NCBI RefSeq assembly: GCF_009914755.1
Contig: NC_060947.1
DNA from: the human T2T-CHM13v2.0 reference genome, Homo sapiens
DNA: 64,000 nt
Direction: 5' to 3' (one strand)
Notes under the pieces: model-generated
What the model saw: only the letters and a program-made list of their open reading frames with translations
What the model was told of the DNA's origin: nothing
The model's database searches: none
Position numbers and translations under genes: made by a program
In this document: positions 42,260 through 55,919 of the stretch, piece after piece
Layout of the letters: each line of letters opens with the position of its first letter
Numbering within the stretch: position 1 is the stretch's first letter

Positions 42260-42381
42260 GATTTATCCAGGTCTACAGTGGATTCAGTGAATGAACAGAT
42301 ATTAGCGCTTATAACATACACCGGATGTGGAATCTCCTCCATTTTTCTGGGAGTTGCAGTGGTGACATACATAGCTTTTCA
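42260..42381 (+). CDS. ADGRG4: ADGRG4 exon, end of Stachel plus TM1 (DLSRSTVDSVNEQILALITYTGCGISSIFLGVAVVTYIAF)
   Basis: gttccttag / gtaagt; 122 nt, phase 0 to 2; ITYxGCGIS TM1 motif. Confidence 0.96.
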
Positions 42382-42579
42382 GTAAGTTGATACAGCCTTG
42401 CTCTGAGCACATTTAATTTGGTTTGATGGATGCTATTACCATTGTAACTTTGTTAATTTCATGAACACATCACAATAGGAAGAAGTCAGATCCATTAGCT
42501 TATGAAGTGGACAGGTTAAAAACAAAACATCAAGGCTTCTCTAAAAATATTTTAATTGGATTTTTGTAAAACAAGGGAG

Positions 42580-43665
42580 TTGGGATAGGAAAAGATTTCT
42601 CTATAGGATATAAGAGCACCAACCCTAAAAGAAAATTTGATAAAGTGGACTTTATTAAGAACTTCTTTAATCAAAAGACACAATTCAGATAGTGAAAGGC
42701 AAACCTTACATAGAGAGAAGATATTCACAATGCATATATCAGATAAAAGACTTGTATGCAGAATGTATAAATAACTCCACAAATCAAAAAGCAAAAGACA
42801 ATAAAGTTTATAAATGGACAAAAGACTTGAACAGGCACCTCACAAAAGAGAATATCCATGCCTAAGCCTAACCCTTACCAAATGGCCAATAAGCATATGA
42901 CAAAGTTCTTTACATCATTACTCATCAGAGAAATCCTAATTACAACCACAGTTATGTACTTCTCTGCACCCACCAGAATGGCTAAAATTAAAAATAATGA
43001 CAATAGCAAGTGTCAACAAGCATGTGGAACAACTGGAACTCATACATTTGCTAGTGGGAATGTAAAATGGTTCAGACACTTTGGAAAATTATTCGGCAAT
43101 ACCTGTTAAATATAAATATACATCTCGCTGTTGGCCCAGGAATTTCACTCTTAGATATATACTCAAGACAAATGAGCACATATGTCCACTGAAAGATATG
43201 TACAATAATATTTATAGCAGCTTCAGTCACAGTAGCTTCAAATTAGAAACAACCCCAATTTACATTAACAGTTGATTAGATGAATAAATTGTGATATATT
43301 TGTAAAATGGAATGCTACACAGCAGTAAAAAATGAATTACTTCTATGCAATGCAACATAATATTTAAATCTCATAGACATAGAATTGAGCAAAGGAAGCC
43401 AGAAAAATAAGACAACGTACTGTGTGGTTCCATTTACAAAAAGTTCCAAACACAGGTGAAATCTATGGGGATAGAAGTGAGAGTATTGGTTACCTCTGGT
43501 GGGTGATATTGAATGGGAGAAGCATGAAGGAGCCTTCTGGGATGTTGAAACTATTCTACCTCTTGATCTGTGTCGAAGTTCCACAGGTATATACATATGT
43601 AAAGATCCATCAAGTTATATTGTTAACACTTGTGCACTTTAATATTTATCTCAGAAAAAAATTCA
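42580..43665 (+). mobile_element. Old sense L1M (L1ME-like) 3' portion
   Basis: ORF2 C-terminal remnant (QMANKHM...PTRMAKIK) plus 3' UTR. Confidence 0.8.
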
Positions 43666-44226
43666 CACAAAATGAAAACAGCAAAATTTAAATCAATAAA
43701 TATTTAATAACAGCGTAAAATAATCAAAGGGGGTAATACTTTTTTTATTTTGAAAAATACTGGGTGAGTTTCTGCAAAGTAAAGTTGCAATCACTTAATA
43801 AAACTTAAGACCATATTTCCATGAGGCCATATATCGGGATCTTTAGAACTATCCAAGTAGCTCTACTTGGAATGGTTTCCACAGTCATCCTGCTATTTGG
43901 TAATATGTAGCTCCAGCCTGCTGAAGCAGTGGTGATAGACTCATAGTACCCAGGAAACTCCTTCCTTCTTTCTAAAAGATAAAAAGAAAAATAATAGCCT
44001 CTCTCAACTGCGTAGTTGAGAGAGACTATTATTATTTCTGTTAGTTAAGGTCACTATATTTATTATGCTTCGACTTTACCTGGAAAGAGAATGAGGGACT
44101 TCAAAGTATAAGCAAAGATGAGTAATTCTTTTATTCTTTCACTTATTATGTAGATAAGATGTGGCGATGTTTAATTAAAAAAAAAAAAACAGACTTTACC
44201 TAACAACATTGTACTTTCTCTTTTAG

Positions 44227-44495
44227 CAAACTTCGAAAAGATTATCCTGCCAAAATTCTGATCAACCTGTGCACAGCACTACTGATGCTAAACCTGGTAT
44301 TTTTGATCAATTCTTGGTTGTCATCATTTCAGAAAGTGGGAGTTTGTATCACAGCTGCAGTGGCACTTCATTACTTCCTGCTTGTTTCTTTTACTTGGAT
44401 GGGCCTGGAGGCAGTCCACATGTATTTGGCTCTAGTCAAAGTCTTCAACATATACATTCCAAATTATATCCTTAAATTTTGTCTAGTTGGTTGGG
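44227..44495 (+). CDS. ADGRG4: ADGRG4 exon, TM2 to TM4 ([15 protein letters not shown]...[19 protein letters not shown]...CLVGW)
   Basis: ctcttttag / gtaagt; 269 nt, phase 2 to 1; ADGRG-family 7TM motifs. Confidence 0.97.
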
Positions 44496-44802
44496 GTAAG
44501 TATATCTGCCATTGTTTTTGATATTTATGTCTTAAGTCTGTCTTTCTAATTCTAGCTCTGTTAGATTCTGTTAATATCATAGGTAAAAAATTAAGGATCG
44601 CCTTGCTGGTGTTTGGGCATGCATCTTTTTTTTCTGCCTGTATTGCTCTATAAATTCAATTTTTAACCTTTATGGTGAGGAGCTGGTGCACAAATATTTA
44701 TTGAGCACTTATTGTGTATTGTGCTAAGTGCTGGCTCTATAGTAGTGAACAGATTTTATCCCTTCCTTTACAGAAGTTACAGTCACAACAAATACTGATA
44801 AA

Positions 44803-45040
44803 ACAGCTAACACTTAGGTAGCACTTACATGTGCCAGATGCTATTCTAAGTGCTTTATATATGCATTTAATCCTCATAATATCTCCACGGGATAGATTCC
44901 ATCATTATTCCCATTTAATAGATGAGGAGACTGAGGCACACAGAAAGATGAGGTAATTTGCCAAAACTCACACAGCTAGTAGGCAAGAGAGCTGGGATTT
45001 GAGCCAGGAAGTTTGTCTCCATAGTTTGGACTTCTAACCT
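44803..45040 (-). mobile_element. MIR
   Basis: cccatttaatagatgaggagactgaggcaca core. Confidence 0.8.
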
Positions 45041-47622
45041 CTATGGTCTTGCCATATTGTTTAAAGAACAGGAAAAGACTTGAAATGGGTGAAAGAGTGC
45101 TGGGTCAGCCAGAACCTGATTCTCATCACACCTCATGACTGTGATGATCACTGCTGGCCTTGGAAGAAGCCAGGAATGGTTCTCAGCATAGATCTTTCTG
45201 AATACAAATGTCATTTCATTGGCTTGCTTTCCTGTATTTCTAACTGACATGGTCAGCTCGGCTCCTTTCCTCTCTCTCCCTTGTGTATTCAAGGCAGATT
45301 TTGGGTTCAGAAAATGTGTTAGATGTGTAGGAGATGTATATTAAGTAGCATACCTTGGGTACATAGGAACACAGATTTTATCTTCCACTGCCTTTGTGAA
45401 GACAATACTCTCCTGATTAGCTACTCATCCCTTTAATGAGTTCATTAACATAGTACATGCTTTCACTGGATACACAGTCAGTGCTATTATCTATGTTAAT
45501 ATGGGGAGCAGAGACAGGCAAATACTGAACAGATCATAATCTAAAAGCTTGTTTTAGTACACTTCGGAATCCATCGGAAGCACAGAGACAAAAGCAGTCG
45601 ATACACTCCCCTTAGTGCCTTGTGTCCCTCATCTTGATTCAATCAGAGGATTGAAAAATGTGGAAGAGGCTTCATGAATAATCCAAAAAGCAGATAACCC
45701 ACACATGGCCAATTGTGAAAGGGCTGTAAATATCACTTCATCCTGGCTTTCCTTCTCCCTCATCATCACTCATTCCCAGCTTCTTTTTTAAACCCTTCCT
45801 CCAGGACTCACTTCTTATCTCTTTGATCTTCTAATTTCATACACATTTCTTGGGTTACAAGGAGAGGCAGGAAAGGCTAAAGCTTGGTACTTGGAAGCAG
45901 GAAAACTTTAGTTACACACAGAAGCTGAGAAGTCTGACTGGCTCAATCAGTAAAGAAAGATACAATAAGCCACTCTTATGTTCAGTTTATTACTTACATA
46001 AACTGTGAAAGGAAGAGTACCTAAAAGTGCCATCTTTCACATTCTTGTCCCCCACACTAAAAAGAACGACCCCAAAACAAAGGGAATGGATGACCGCCAC
46101 GTGAGTTGTAGGATTCCCAGTGGCTGAGGAGCTAGTTTTGAATGGAAGTGATACTGTTTCCTATTCTGCAGCCCTATTCTAAGGGGGCAGGGTACAAAGG
46201 CCCACACCTCTGCAGAACCCTGGGAGATGATGAGAAGCTGTCTCCTGACAGCCTCCTGGAGGAGATAGGGAGGTGAGTAGGAGATGGCCCCGGAGCACCT
46301 CCTCACAGGCCTCCCACCTTCTCAAATTTGTGGAGGCCTGCACACCGCCCAAATTCAGATAAGCCTTTACCTGTGTGGTCTATGTGGATACATGCACGGT
46401 CACCAGGGAGCCACAGCTGAGCTGTCCCACTACAGGGAGTTTTGGAGCATTTCAATATTAGACAAAAGCAATCAACTGTAAGGAAAATAGGTATTAATAT
46501 CTGTTTATGTTTGATGCTCTGCCTTATGAATGCCAAAGCAACCTGTTGGAAAGGTTTATTACTTTTAATGACAAAAACCACAATTACTTTTGCACCAACT
46601 TAATGAACCCCTGTCCAAGACAGTAGATTTGTTTATATTTTTAAAATAACAACAGAAGGGATCTTTTTTTTTTATTTTCAATATGTAAACACAGCTTGAA
46701 GACTGCCGCACAACTTCCATCCTAAATATGAGGCCTTCCCCTGTCTCTCCCTTCCAGCCTTCTATTTTAAAAAACATCTGCAGCATTCTAGGTGCTGTGC
46801 TTGGGGTGGGCTATACAGATTTGAAGTGACCATCCTGTTTATCACAGAATGGGACAGTGGAGGATTTTTCAAGATACTTGGCATTCTGGGCTTTGGAACA
46901 GCTTTGGAAAGCATTTAACAAAACCCCTAAAATGTATGTAGGTGCATGCGCTTAGTCTAGGAGAAATACAATTGAGAGATAAAGAAATCATTTTTTTTTT
47001 TGCAAATGTACAAGAAATTGGATTTTTAAACCCTGTGTCTACACTCTCCTCACGTTTGACCATTTTGACTGAACTGATTGCTTTATTATAGTCTGACTGA
47101 ATTGAGTGGTTGTTAACCGGTCGATCTAGTCAAAATGTCAAACTAGTAACGAGTGTGGAAACAGTTTCCCTGTCAAAAAAGCACTGAAGGCTGCAGCTGA
47201 TTGCCTGTGCCCTTCTCCTAAGGTGACCTAGACAAAAAGCTATTGGGAACAAAGGGGCGATGTGAAAGGGAGTAAAAATTAGGGGCTCATGATCTAAGAA
47301 GAAATGCTTGATGCGAACTTGCATTCCACTCAACTAGATACTTCTTTTGCCAAGTTGATTTTCTGGCACTTGAGCTATTTTTAATAACTAGTGGGCGTTG
47401 TATTGGAGCCATTGGCATGCTGTCTAGTTTAGCAGATTGGAGAACTCCTTGAAATGCTTAACTTGGAAGAATTCACAAACATTTTGCAAACAATAGTATT
47501 TTGATGCCCGCACATCTGTGGCTTATTTAAACAGTGTCTTAATGTATCATCACCCACAGTCATTGATTAGGTTGCCTCCCTGCTACCTGATGAAATGCCT
47601 TTGACTTGCTTTCCCACTGCAG

Positions 47623-47701
47623 GAATCCCGGCTATCATGGTGGCAATCACAGTCAGTGTGAAAAAAGATCTGTATGGAACTCTGAGCCCAACAACTCCGT
47701 T
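47623..47701 (+). CDS. ADGRG4: ADGRG4 exon, end of TM4 / ECL2 (GIPAIMVAITVSVKKDLYGTLSPTTPF)
   Basis: cccactgcag / gtaagt; 79 nt, phase 1 to 2; completes GWGxP. Confidence 0.95.
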
Positions 47702-50070
47702 GTAAGTACCAGCATCTCTGTTTCTCTGGTGGTGGGGCTCTGGCCCAGCAGGGTATAGTAAAATGTTCTTGGCCTGGGATTGGTCTTGACCCTTGGCTTC
47801 AGGAAGAAATCAACCTAAGTCCTTTTGCCCTAAACATAGGCCACATTTATGTGATGGTTAGTTGCCCGGGTCCTCTATGACCTTGGGCAAGTTACCTTAC
47901 CTTTCAGTTCAATTTCCTCTTCTGGAAAATGGGGATAATAATGTTTTCTCTTAATGTCCTGTGCAAATTAAAATGATATGATGTATGAAATGTGCTCAGC
48001 ATATTGCCTGTTCTATGCTGTGTAACTGGCAGGTATTATGATTACAAAGCTCACACATCAGGTCATTGCAAAGAGTTAGTGGCCCCTACAAGGAAATTCT
48101 GAGATGATTTGGAAAACATTTTTTACCTTTCAACAACAAAGGTCTTCCCTGAAGAACGCTGAACAGCTTTCCTTTGTAAACGGCCTCGGCTTTATTGTCC
48201 TCTTGTTTCTTTTCATTTTTTTCCTTTTCTCCCATTTGATGTATAAGTTCATCTCTTTAGTTCTCTCAACCACAATCACGCGAGAGTAGCAATTCACTTC
48301 ACCCCACCTCTCCAGAACCTTCTTTTACAGGCATGTAGATAGTTGCCCTGTGGTCCTTTAGGCTGCACAATCTCATTTTACACTTCTGATTGTTCCATTC
48401 TTTTTATCATTGCCTCTCAAGTTCTCTTCCACTATAGATTTCCTCTCCCACTGGACTGGAATTAAATGTAGAAGGTCCTGCTCTAAGACTCCCCCATCTT
48501 TCATACTGAGATGACAGTTTCCATGGGGTCAAAATTATTTTGCCCTTTGCAGCAGATGCTTTCTAATTAAAATTCCTTGTTATGTTTTCTTTCTCTTCCA
48601 TTTTCTCTTCCCTTCCTTCTCATCTCCCCCTCCATCCTCCCCCTTTGCCCGTTTTGTGACTTAAAAAGTCCCCAGTGTCTACCTAATGGTGACCCTTCTT
48701 GAACCATCAAAAGCAAGAGCAAAAGCAAAATCAGAACAAAATCAACTCCACTTTTTCCCAAAAGAGATTTTTCAGATGTGACTTGGTTAGTAAGAGGCCG
48801 ACTGCTCTAATAGTTTTTTTTCAAATTATATTTTGAAGAAGTAATTCATGCACATGGAACAAAATCCAAACGTACAACAGGGTAGAGGATGAAAAGTAAG
48901 CCCCGCTTCCAACCCCTAGCTACCCAGTTTCCCTCCTGAGGTAACTCTTATTACCAATTTATTACCAACGATCAAATTTGTATGGATATTCTCTTGCACA
49001 CTTTGTTACCCAAGTGGTAGATATACACCATTTAGCACCTTGGTCTTTCCACTTAACAATATATCTTGGAGGTGATTCTCTACCCAAACATATAACACTA
49101 TCTCATTTTAACAGTTTTCTGTGGCGTCTTTTAAGGATGCTGATGACATTCAGGGAACTCTAGGTGTCAGAATCTATTAGGAAAATTAAATGTTTTTTTA
49201 ACATGTTTGCAACACACACACACACAAACTCACACATATGTGTAAGTATCCACGCCAACATAAACGACATGACCAAAAGAGATTTTCCTGGTTTTAGAAA
49301 AGAGAGCTCAGCTAAGTTGACACACAGTTAAATTAGTCAAGCTTCTCTGTGTTCAAAAATCAGGGAAAATGCCTCCAGTAATTGCAAATGTTATTAAATG
49401 GACTATCTGTTCATATGAATCACTGCATATTTTTTCTTTAATAAAAACCGTAGAGTTGTTAATCAATCCAGTAACCAGTGTTGCCTTTGTCATCCAAATA
49501 CATCATATTTTAAAGCAGTACACCTAGAGTTCTCTTTTTGTAGCATTTTCATTAACTTTCATAATTTCACCATTGTTTGATGTAGCTTTCAGAAAATCCA
49601 TTCATTGCTCACATCCTTTCACTGTGATATTTATCATGTAAAGTAGAATTAATCCTGCAAATAAGAGCTTAGGTGTAAGGTGGTGGCGGGGGGGCAGGGC
49701 GTGCGGGGGCGGTGTGGGGAGCACGGCGACAGAGAGCCACTTTGGGGGAAAATGTATCATTCGTTTTTCTGCTGTTAACGAAGAGAACCATTTCCTAGGG
49801 AATTGGACTGACAGGTTTCTGCATATGTAGGGCAGAAACATCCTCTAGGATTTCTGACTTAGTGTTGGAAAGAACCCTGAACTGGGGCTCAGGAGATTGA
49901 GGTTTTTGTCCCAGCTCTGCCTCCAGTTGGTATGAGTGAACTCTGTCCAGTTCATTTCTCTAGGGCAGATGCCCTTAGGGTGAAATAAAATTGACTAGAT
50001 GATCTTCAGTCTCTGAGAAATAGGACTTTATGTTTCCCTATCTCATGATAGTCTTCTTTGTTTCTTACAG

Positions 50071-50351
50071 TTGTTGGATTAAAGATGATTCTATCTTTTA
50101 CATCTCAGTGGTGGCTTATTTTTGCCTCATATTTCTCATGAATCTCTCCATGTTCTGCACTGTTCTTGTTCAACTGAATTCTGTGAAATCCCAAATCCAG
50201 AAGACTCGGCGGAAGATGATCCTGCATGACCTCAAAGGCACAATGAGCCTGACATTCTTACTTGGCCTCACCTGGGGGTTTGCATTTTTTGCTTGGGGAC
50301 CCATGAGGAACTTTTTCTTGTATTTGTTTGCCATTTTTAACACTTTGCAAG
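50071..50351 (+). CDS. ADGRG4: ADGRG4 exon, TM5 to TM7 (CWIKDD...LTFLLGLTWGFAFF...FAIFNTLQ)
   Basis: tttcttacag / gtaact; 281 nt, phase 2 to 1; CW, LLGLTW and NTLQG motifs. Confidence 0.97.
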
Positions 50352-51010
50352 GTAACTGGTGCTTTTTTGCCTTTTCTGTGGCCAGCTACACATGCAGCAA
50401 AGCTTTTGTTGCTTTGGAAAATAATCACCTGTTGGAAACATTAACTAGATGTTAGTCTTCATTAAATGCACCCACAGCCCACTCTCTCTTGCTCAGTGGT
50501 ATAGGGAGAAGCCCAGATAGGTAACCCAACTTTAGGTAATTGGAAATGTCTATATCAAACACTGATTGGCAATACTTCTTATAGTGTTCATTGTATCAAC
50601 ACATTGTGCTAGAAAATGTACAGATTCACACTCACGTTGACTTTTTGAGGTACACAATCCAGCTAAACATAGCAATTAACTGGAAAGCAAAAACATTAAA
50701 GTTTTGACCCCATAGGCTCTATCTGCATCTGATATCCTAATATTTTGGGAAAGAGCCAGGCTAGACTATCATAGAATCATACAGGAATGAAGGTTAAAAT
50801 CAAAGGGCTGTGGGAAAGGCCAAGGTTGTAGCCTTGAGTTTGCTGTAAAACAACCTTTAAAAAGTTACAATAATTGGTTGAATTAGATGATCCTAAGCTA
50901 AAGGCCCTAGAGCTCTTTTAATTATTTTCCTTTATTCCGATGAAATGAACAAATAATCAATGAAGTGATGAAATGGTAGACAAAAGATGGCATGAGAAGT
51001 AAAAGCTAGG

Positions 51011-51308
51011 GGCCGGGTGTGATGGCTCGTGCCTGGAATCCCAGCACTTTTGGAGGCCGAGGCAGGCAGATCACTTGAGGTCAGGAGTTTGAAACCAGCC
51101 TGGCCAACATGGTGAAACCCCGTCTCTACTAAAAAATATAAAAATTATCTGGGCATGGTGGTGTGTGCCTGTAGTCCCAGCTACTTGGGAGGCTGAGGCA
51201 GGAGAATTGCTCAAACTCTGGGAGGCAGAGGTTGCAGTGAGCTATGATCGTGCCACTGCACTCCAGCCTGGGCAACAAAGAGAGACTCTGTCAAAAAAAA
51301 AAAAAAAA
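51011..51308 (+). mobile_element. Alu (AluS-like)
   Basis: dimeric Alu; TSD aaaagctag. Confidence 0.95.
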
Positions 51309-52593
51309 GCTAGAGTCTGGTTCATATAGCTCTGAATAATTGCTGACGTTCATCTTAACTTGATTTTGCCTATTAAAAATATTGGGGGGAAGAGGCATGC
51401 AAAATGATTTTGTGTGAGTCTCTAATTCTACCCCATACTTTTATCCTCAAGTGTCGTCCAGTCCATTTGGGCTACTGGGACAGGCTGAGAGTCAAGTTGG
51501 CATTTCATTGAGTTAGAGTCTCCCTTCGTGCTCTCCACTATTTTTTTTTCATTCAATAAACCCTTATTTTCCATACTGAAGCCCACTGATGGTACCATGG
51601 GATGCTCCCACAAGGAAAAAGTTCTATGGTCAAATAACTTTGGGAAATGTGGCAAATTACATTCCCCCTTTCTTGGAATAGCACTGTATACATTAGCATG
51701 GTAAAAGCTCTATTATGAAAAAAAAAAAAACCTTTAAAAAGTTGTTTTAATGTAGTGTCTTAAAAACCTCTGAACCTTTTATTGTGGTCATTGTTAATCC
51801 TTGAGGAACCTTGAGAAAAATAAATTGACATGCAGTTATTATATGACAGGCACTTGCAAAGTGCTGCGGAGTTGAGGGGGTGGGAAGCAATGTAGCAGAA
51901 GGCATGGTTTTTGCATTTATGTTTTAGGACTCAAGAAACTATCTTATTTTAGAGCAATGAGGTGGATCAACGGAAACTTTTTGTCCCACCAGATCCTGCC
52001 AACCATATACATCCATGTTCTAATTGGAATGTAAGAAGTCACAAAATATGTTGTTCTTCCTTCACATGCCATTTTTATTGCCTCTGGTAGTAGGAATGGA
52101 ATTTTTAGAAACTCTCAATACCATCCTCGCTTGGTTCCCTTTGAGGCTACTGGCACTTGGTTGAATTCTAGTGTAGAACTGAAGGTTGTATTCTAGTGTA
52201 GGACTGAGGCCCTGGTGATGGTTCTACACTTTTTCTCTGGATAGAACTGTCTGGCCCACACTACAGTATTCTAACCCGATGCTCTAACCTCAAGAACTAA
52301 CCAGTCATGGTATAGAATGTCCACGGAAACGGTTTAGAACCCAGGTGCCTGTGAAGACTTCATCCACAGTGGTAACTCCAGGCTTCTCTTTGGCTCAGTG
52401 ATTCTGAGGAGAAATGTACTCACTCTGTGGAAAGAGGGGTTAAAGGAAAGCTGGCAAAAGATCAAGAAAGCTAGGCAATTTCGAGCTTATAAAGGAGGGG
52501 CAGGGGTGTTTTCAAAACCACTCTTATGGTGGAAAGTAGCATCTAAGGAAGGAGCCTGCATGGATAGAAGCAGAATTTAATAGGATATTTCTT

Positions 52594-53231
52594 TTCTTTT
52601 CAACATTTATTTCAGATTCAGGGGGTAGATGTGCAGGTTTGTTAGCTGGGTATATCATGTCATGTTGAGGCTTGGGGTATGAATGATCCCATCATCTAGG
52701 TAGTAAGCATAGTACCCAATAGTTAGCTTTTTAACCCTTACTTTTTCCCTCTTCTCCCCCTAATAGTCCCCAGTTGTCTACTGTTGCCATCTTTATGTCC
52801 ATGTGTACCCCATGTTTAGCTTTCACTTTTAAGTGAGAACATGCAGTACTTGGTTTTCTGTTCCTTCATTAATTCACTTAGCGTAATAGCTCCTAGCTGC
52901 ATCCATGCTGCTGCAAATGACATGATCTCATTCTTTTTTTATAGCTGTGTAGTATTCCATGGTGGCTATGTAGACAGTTTCTTTATCCAATCCACCTTTA
53001 ATGGGCACCTAGTTTGATTCCATGTCTTTGCTATTGTGAATATTGTTGCAATGAACATAAGGGTACATGTGTCTTTTTGGCAGAGTGATCTGTTTTCTTC
53101 TGGATATATACCCAATAATGAGATTGCTGAGTCAAATAGTAGCTCTGTTTTAATTTCTTTGAGAAATCTTCAAACTGCTTTCCACAGTGGCAGAACTAAT
53201 TTACATTCCCACCAACAGTATATAAGTGTTC
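52594..53231 (-). mobile_element. Older L1PA 3' fragment (L1PA13-16-like)
   Basis: antisense L1 3' UTR; degenerate TSD taataggatatttctt / taattgggtatttctt. Confidence 0.85.
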
Positions 53232-53427
53232 TAATTGGGTATTTCTTGAAAACTAAAATCAAAGTCCCATAGATCCAGCACCAAAAGAGCCAAGCTGTCT
53301 CTGTCTGTCAGATATGCCTTATGCCCATCAAGCACAAAGTCTTGCCAGTCCTGCCTAAAATGACTGCAAGATAGCATGTGCCATCTTGTAGCAAGGGAGT
53401 TTTCAGAGCTCAGAGTTTCAAATTCAA

Positions 53428-53428
<1 letters not shown>

Positions 53429-53468
<40 letters not shown>
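53429..53468 (+). repeat. (CA)n microsatellite, about 20 units
   Basis: direct reading. Confidence 0.95.
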
Positions 53469-53470
<2 letters not shown>

Positions 53471-55444
53471 CCCGAATAACCTCCAAAACAAACAGTGGAA
53501 CAAGTGAACAAAGTAGTCGTTTAAAAGACAAATGACAAGCTTGCAATGCTGGCTGAAGGGGATGGGGGCGACCTGTGGTCAAGTGGGAAAAAATTATGCT
53601 CATGATGAGCTATTTGTGAAGGAGGAATGCACAAATAAAAATGCAGGTGACAAAAACCTGACATCTTCCCTCATGCCTGTGTTTTCCTAGTGAGTAAGCA
53701 GATCAATCTGTTATGGGAAAGGAAAAGGAAAGCTGTCAGGCAGAGGGGGAGAGTTGGCAGGCAGTTCATTGGAATTCACAGAATAACCTTTTAAGTCGGA
53801 AAACTAAACTCCATGCAAGAAATCAGAGTAGTAATAGGTGCTTGATGTCACTGTCACCCCTTGTACATGCTGAAGTTGGAGGAGTTTTGCCTGCTCTGAG
53901 ACTGTGGTTTGCTCTCCTCGGGGTGCTGCACCGCCTTCCAGGTGGCTGCTGCTCAGAAAAACAGTGAACACTGCTGAATTCATCCCCGCAGTTGTTTGGT
54001 TACACATGGAGATAAAACCCTTGGGAGAGTTAGCGAGACATGCCATTCCGTTTAGCCTCCAGATTGCTGCCTCCCACCTGGAATCCGAGTCTCAGGGCTG
54101 GGGCTAGGGAGCCAAGATCTTCCCAATCAAACTTCCCATTGAGTGACAGGAAGTCACTTGCCTCTGCCTGAAACTTTCCAGGGACTAAGAGCTCACCATT
54201 CTGTAAAGCAAAGCATTTAACTTCTTATCAGCTCTGATGTGGTACCAGTTTTCCTTACCTGAGGCTAGTATAGTACAGTAGTTAAGCCCTTGTGTTCTAT
54301 AGTCAGACTGCCTGCATTCAGAACTGGTGCTGCTAGCTCCATGTTAGCCCTGTGACCTGGGTCAAGTTTACTAGACTTCTTGGACTCCAAGTTCCCTCAA
54401 CTATAAAAATGAGACTAATAGTACAATGCCTGCCATATACTAATTGCTAAATAAACACTAGCTGTGATTTGTTAGTACATGGTTGCTCTGAAACTTTCTT
54501 CCATTGCTCCTGGTTCTAACCGGGCAACTGTACAGATACAAGCCTAGTTTGTCCTTTTCATGACAGCCCTTTCAGATCTGTGGCTAAGTAAGCATCTCTT
54601 CTCACCCTATGTTTTCCACTCCAAGTTTTTTTTTAATCTAGATACAATATCCCAACTCTTTCAGCTTTTTTTCACTATCCTTCTTCACCGTATTCTTGAA
54701 TACTTCTGTTTGTCATCTTCCTCTCCTCCCAAACTGAACATGGTGCTGGTGGGAGGTATGGTCAAACAAGGACAGAATATGGCAGGAGACTGTCACTCGC
54801 CTCAGTCAAGATTCTTTACTTCCAGTAGTGCTGTAGCTGAAATTTGCTTTGGGACATTTACAATAGACTGGTGCTCAGTTTACAATGGGTTAAGACCTCT
54901 TTGATACTAATCATTTACCTTCAGGACAACCAGCCAATTTAGAGGCAAGCTGAACCTGTATAGAGAATAAAGGTTTCCAAACTGCACTTGGATCAAAATA
55001 AATATTTTGAGGCTCAAGCAGTTATCACTATGTTGTAGATGGATGTGCGAGTTTGTGTATCAAGTGTCTTGGAGTTCAAATCAACATACATTTATTGAGC
55101 GGCCGCACTTAGTGTATCAAAGACAAAGGGCAAAATGACATAAATATGAAAAGGAAACATATCTCGGCCCTCAAAGACTCAACAGCTAGGTGGAGAAATG
55201 GGAAATAGACGAATAATTGTATGGCTACATATAGCAAATAATACAAGAAACAAAATGTTATGAGAGTTCAGAAGTGGGAAAAATGAGTTTCAGTTTGAGG
55301 CATCTGGAAAGATTTTGTGGATAAAGACTTTTTGTAATGGAACATAAATATAAGTCAGGCTATTGACAGGAGTTATTTCTGCCAATCCTACCCCCAACTG
55401 CAGGAAATCTAATTGGTCCTCCAGGGAATTTGCAATCAAGATAA

Positions 55445-55729
55445 TTTTTTTTTTAAGACAGAGTCTTGCTCTATCACCCAGGCTGGAGTGTAGTGGCTTG
55501 ATTCTGACTCACTGCAACCTCCGCCTCCTGGGTTCAAGTGATTCTCAGCCTCCCAAGTAGACGGGATTACAGACATGTGCCACCACACCCAGCTAATTTT
55601 TGTATTTTTAATAGAGATGGGGTTTCTCTGTGTTGACCAAGTTGGTCTTGAACTACTGACTTCAAGTGATCCACCTGCCTCTGCCTCCCAAAATGCTGGG
55701 ATTACAGGCGTGAGACATCACGCCTGGCC
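55445..55729 (-). mobile_element. Alu (AluS-like)
   Basis: antisense Alu; TSD caagataat. Confidence 0.93.
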
Positions 55730-55919
55730 AAGATAATCTTAAGTCATATTTTTATCTTCCAAGGACATATTTTAGAGGGTGGGAATGAGAAATGGCCAGC
55801 ACTGCTGGCAAAGACTTTCAGCCCTTCCCTCCCCCTTGCAGGACAAAATCAGGGCTGGCATTAGAAGTTGAGGGTCAAATCCATGGTTTCCACATGGTGT
55901 CATTATGCCAAAAAGCATG

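Noticed and set aside
53928-53950. CTCF-like word ccgccttccaggtggctg
   Set aside because: Mismatches at core positions; cannot be supported without a PWM scan or ChIP data.
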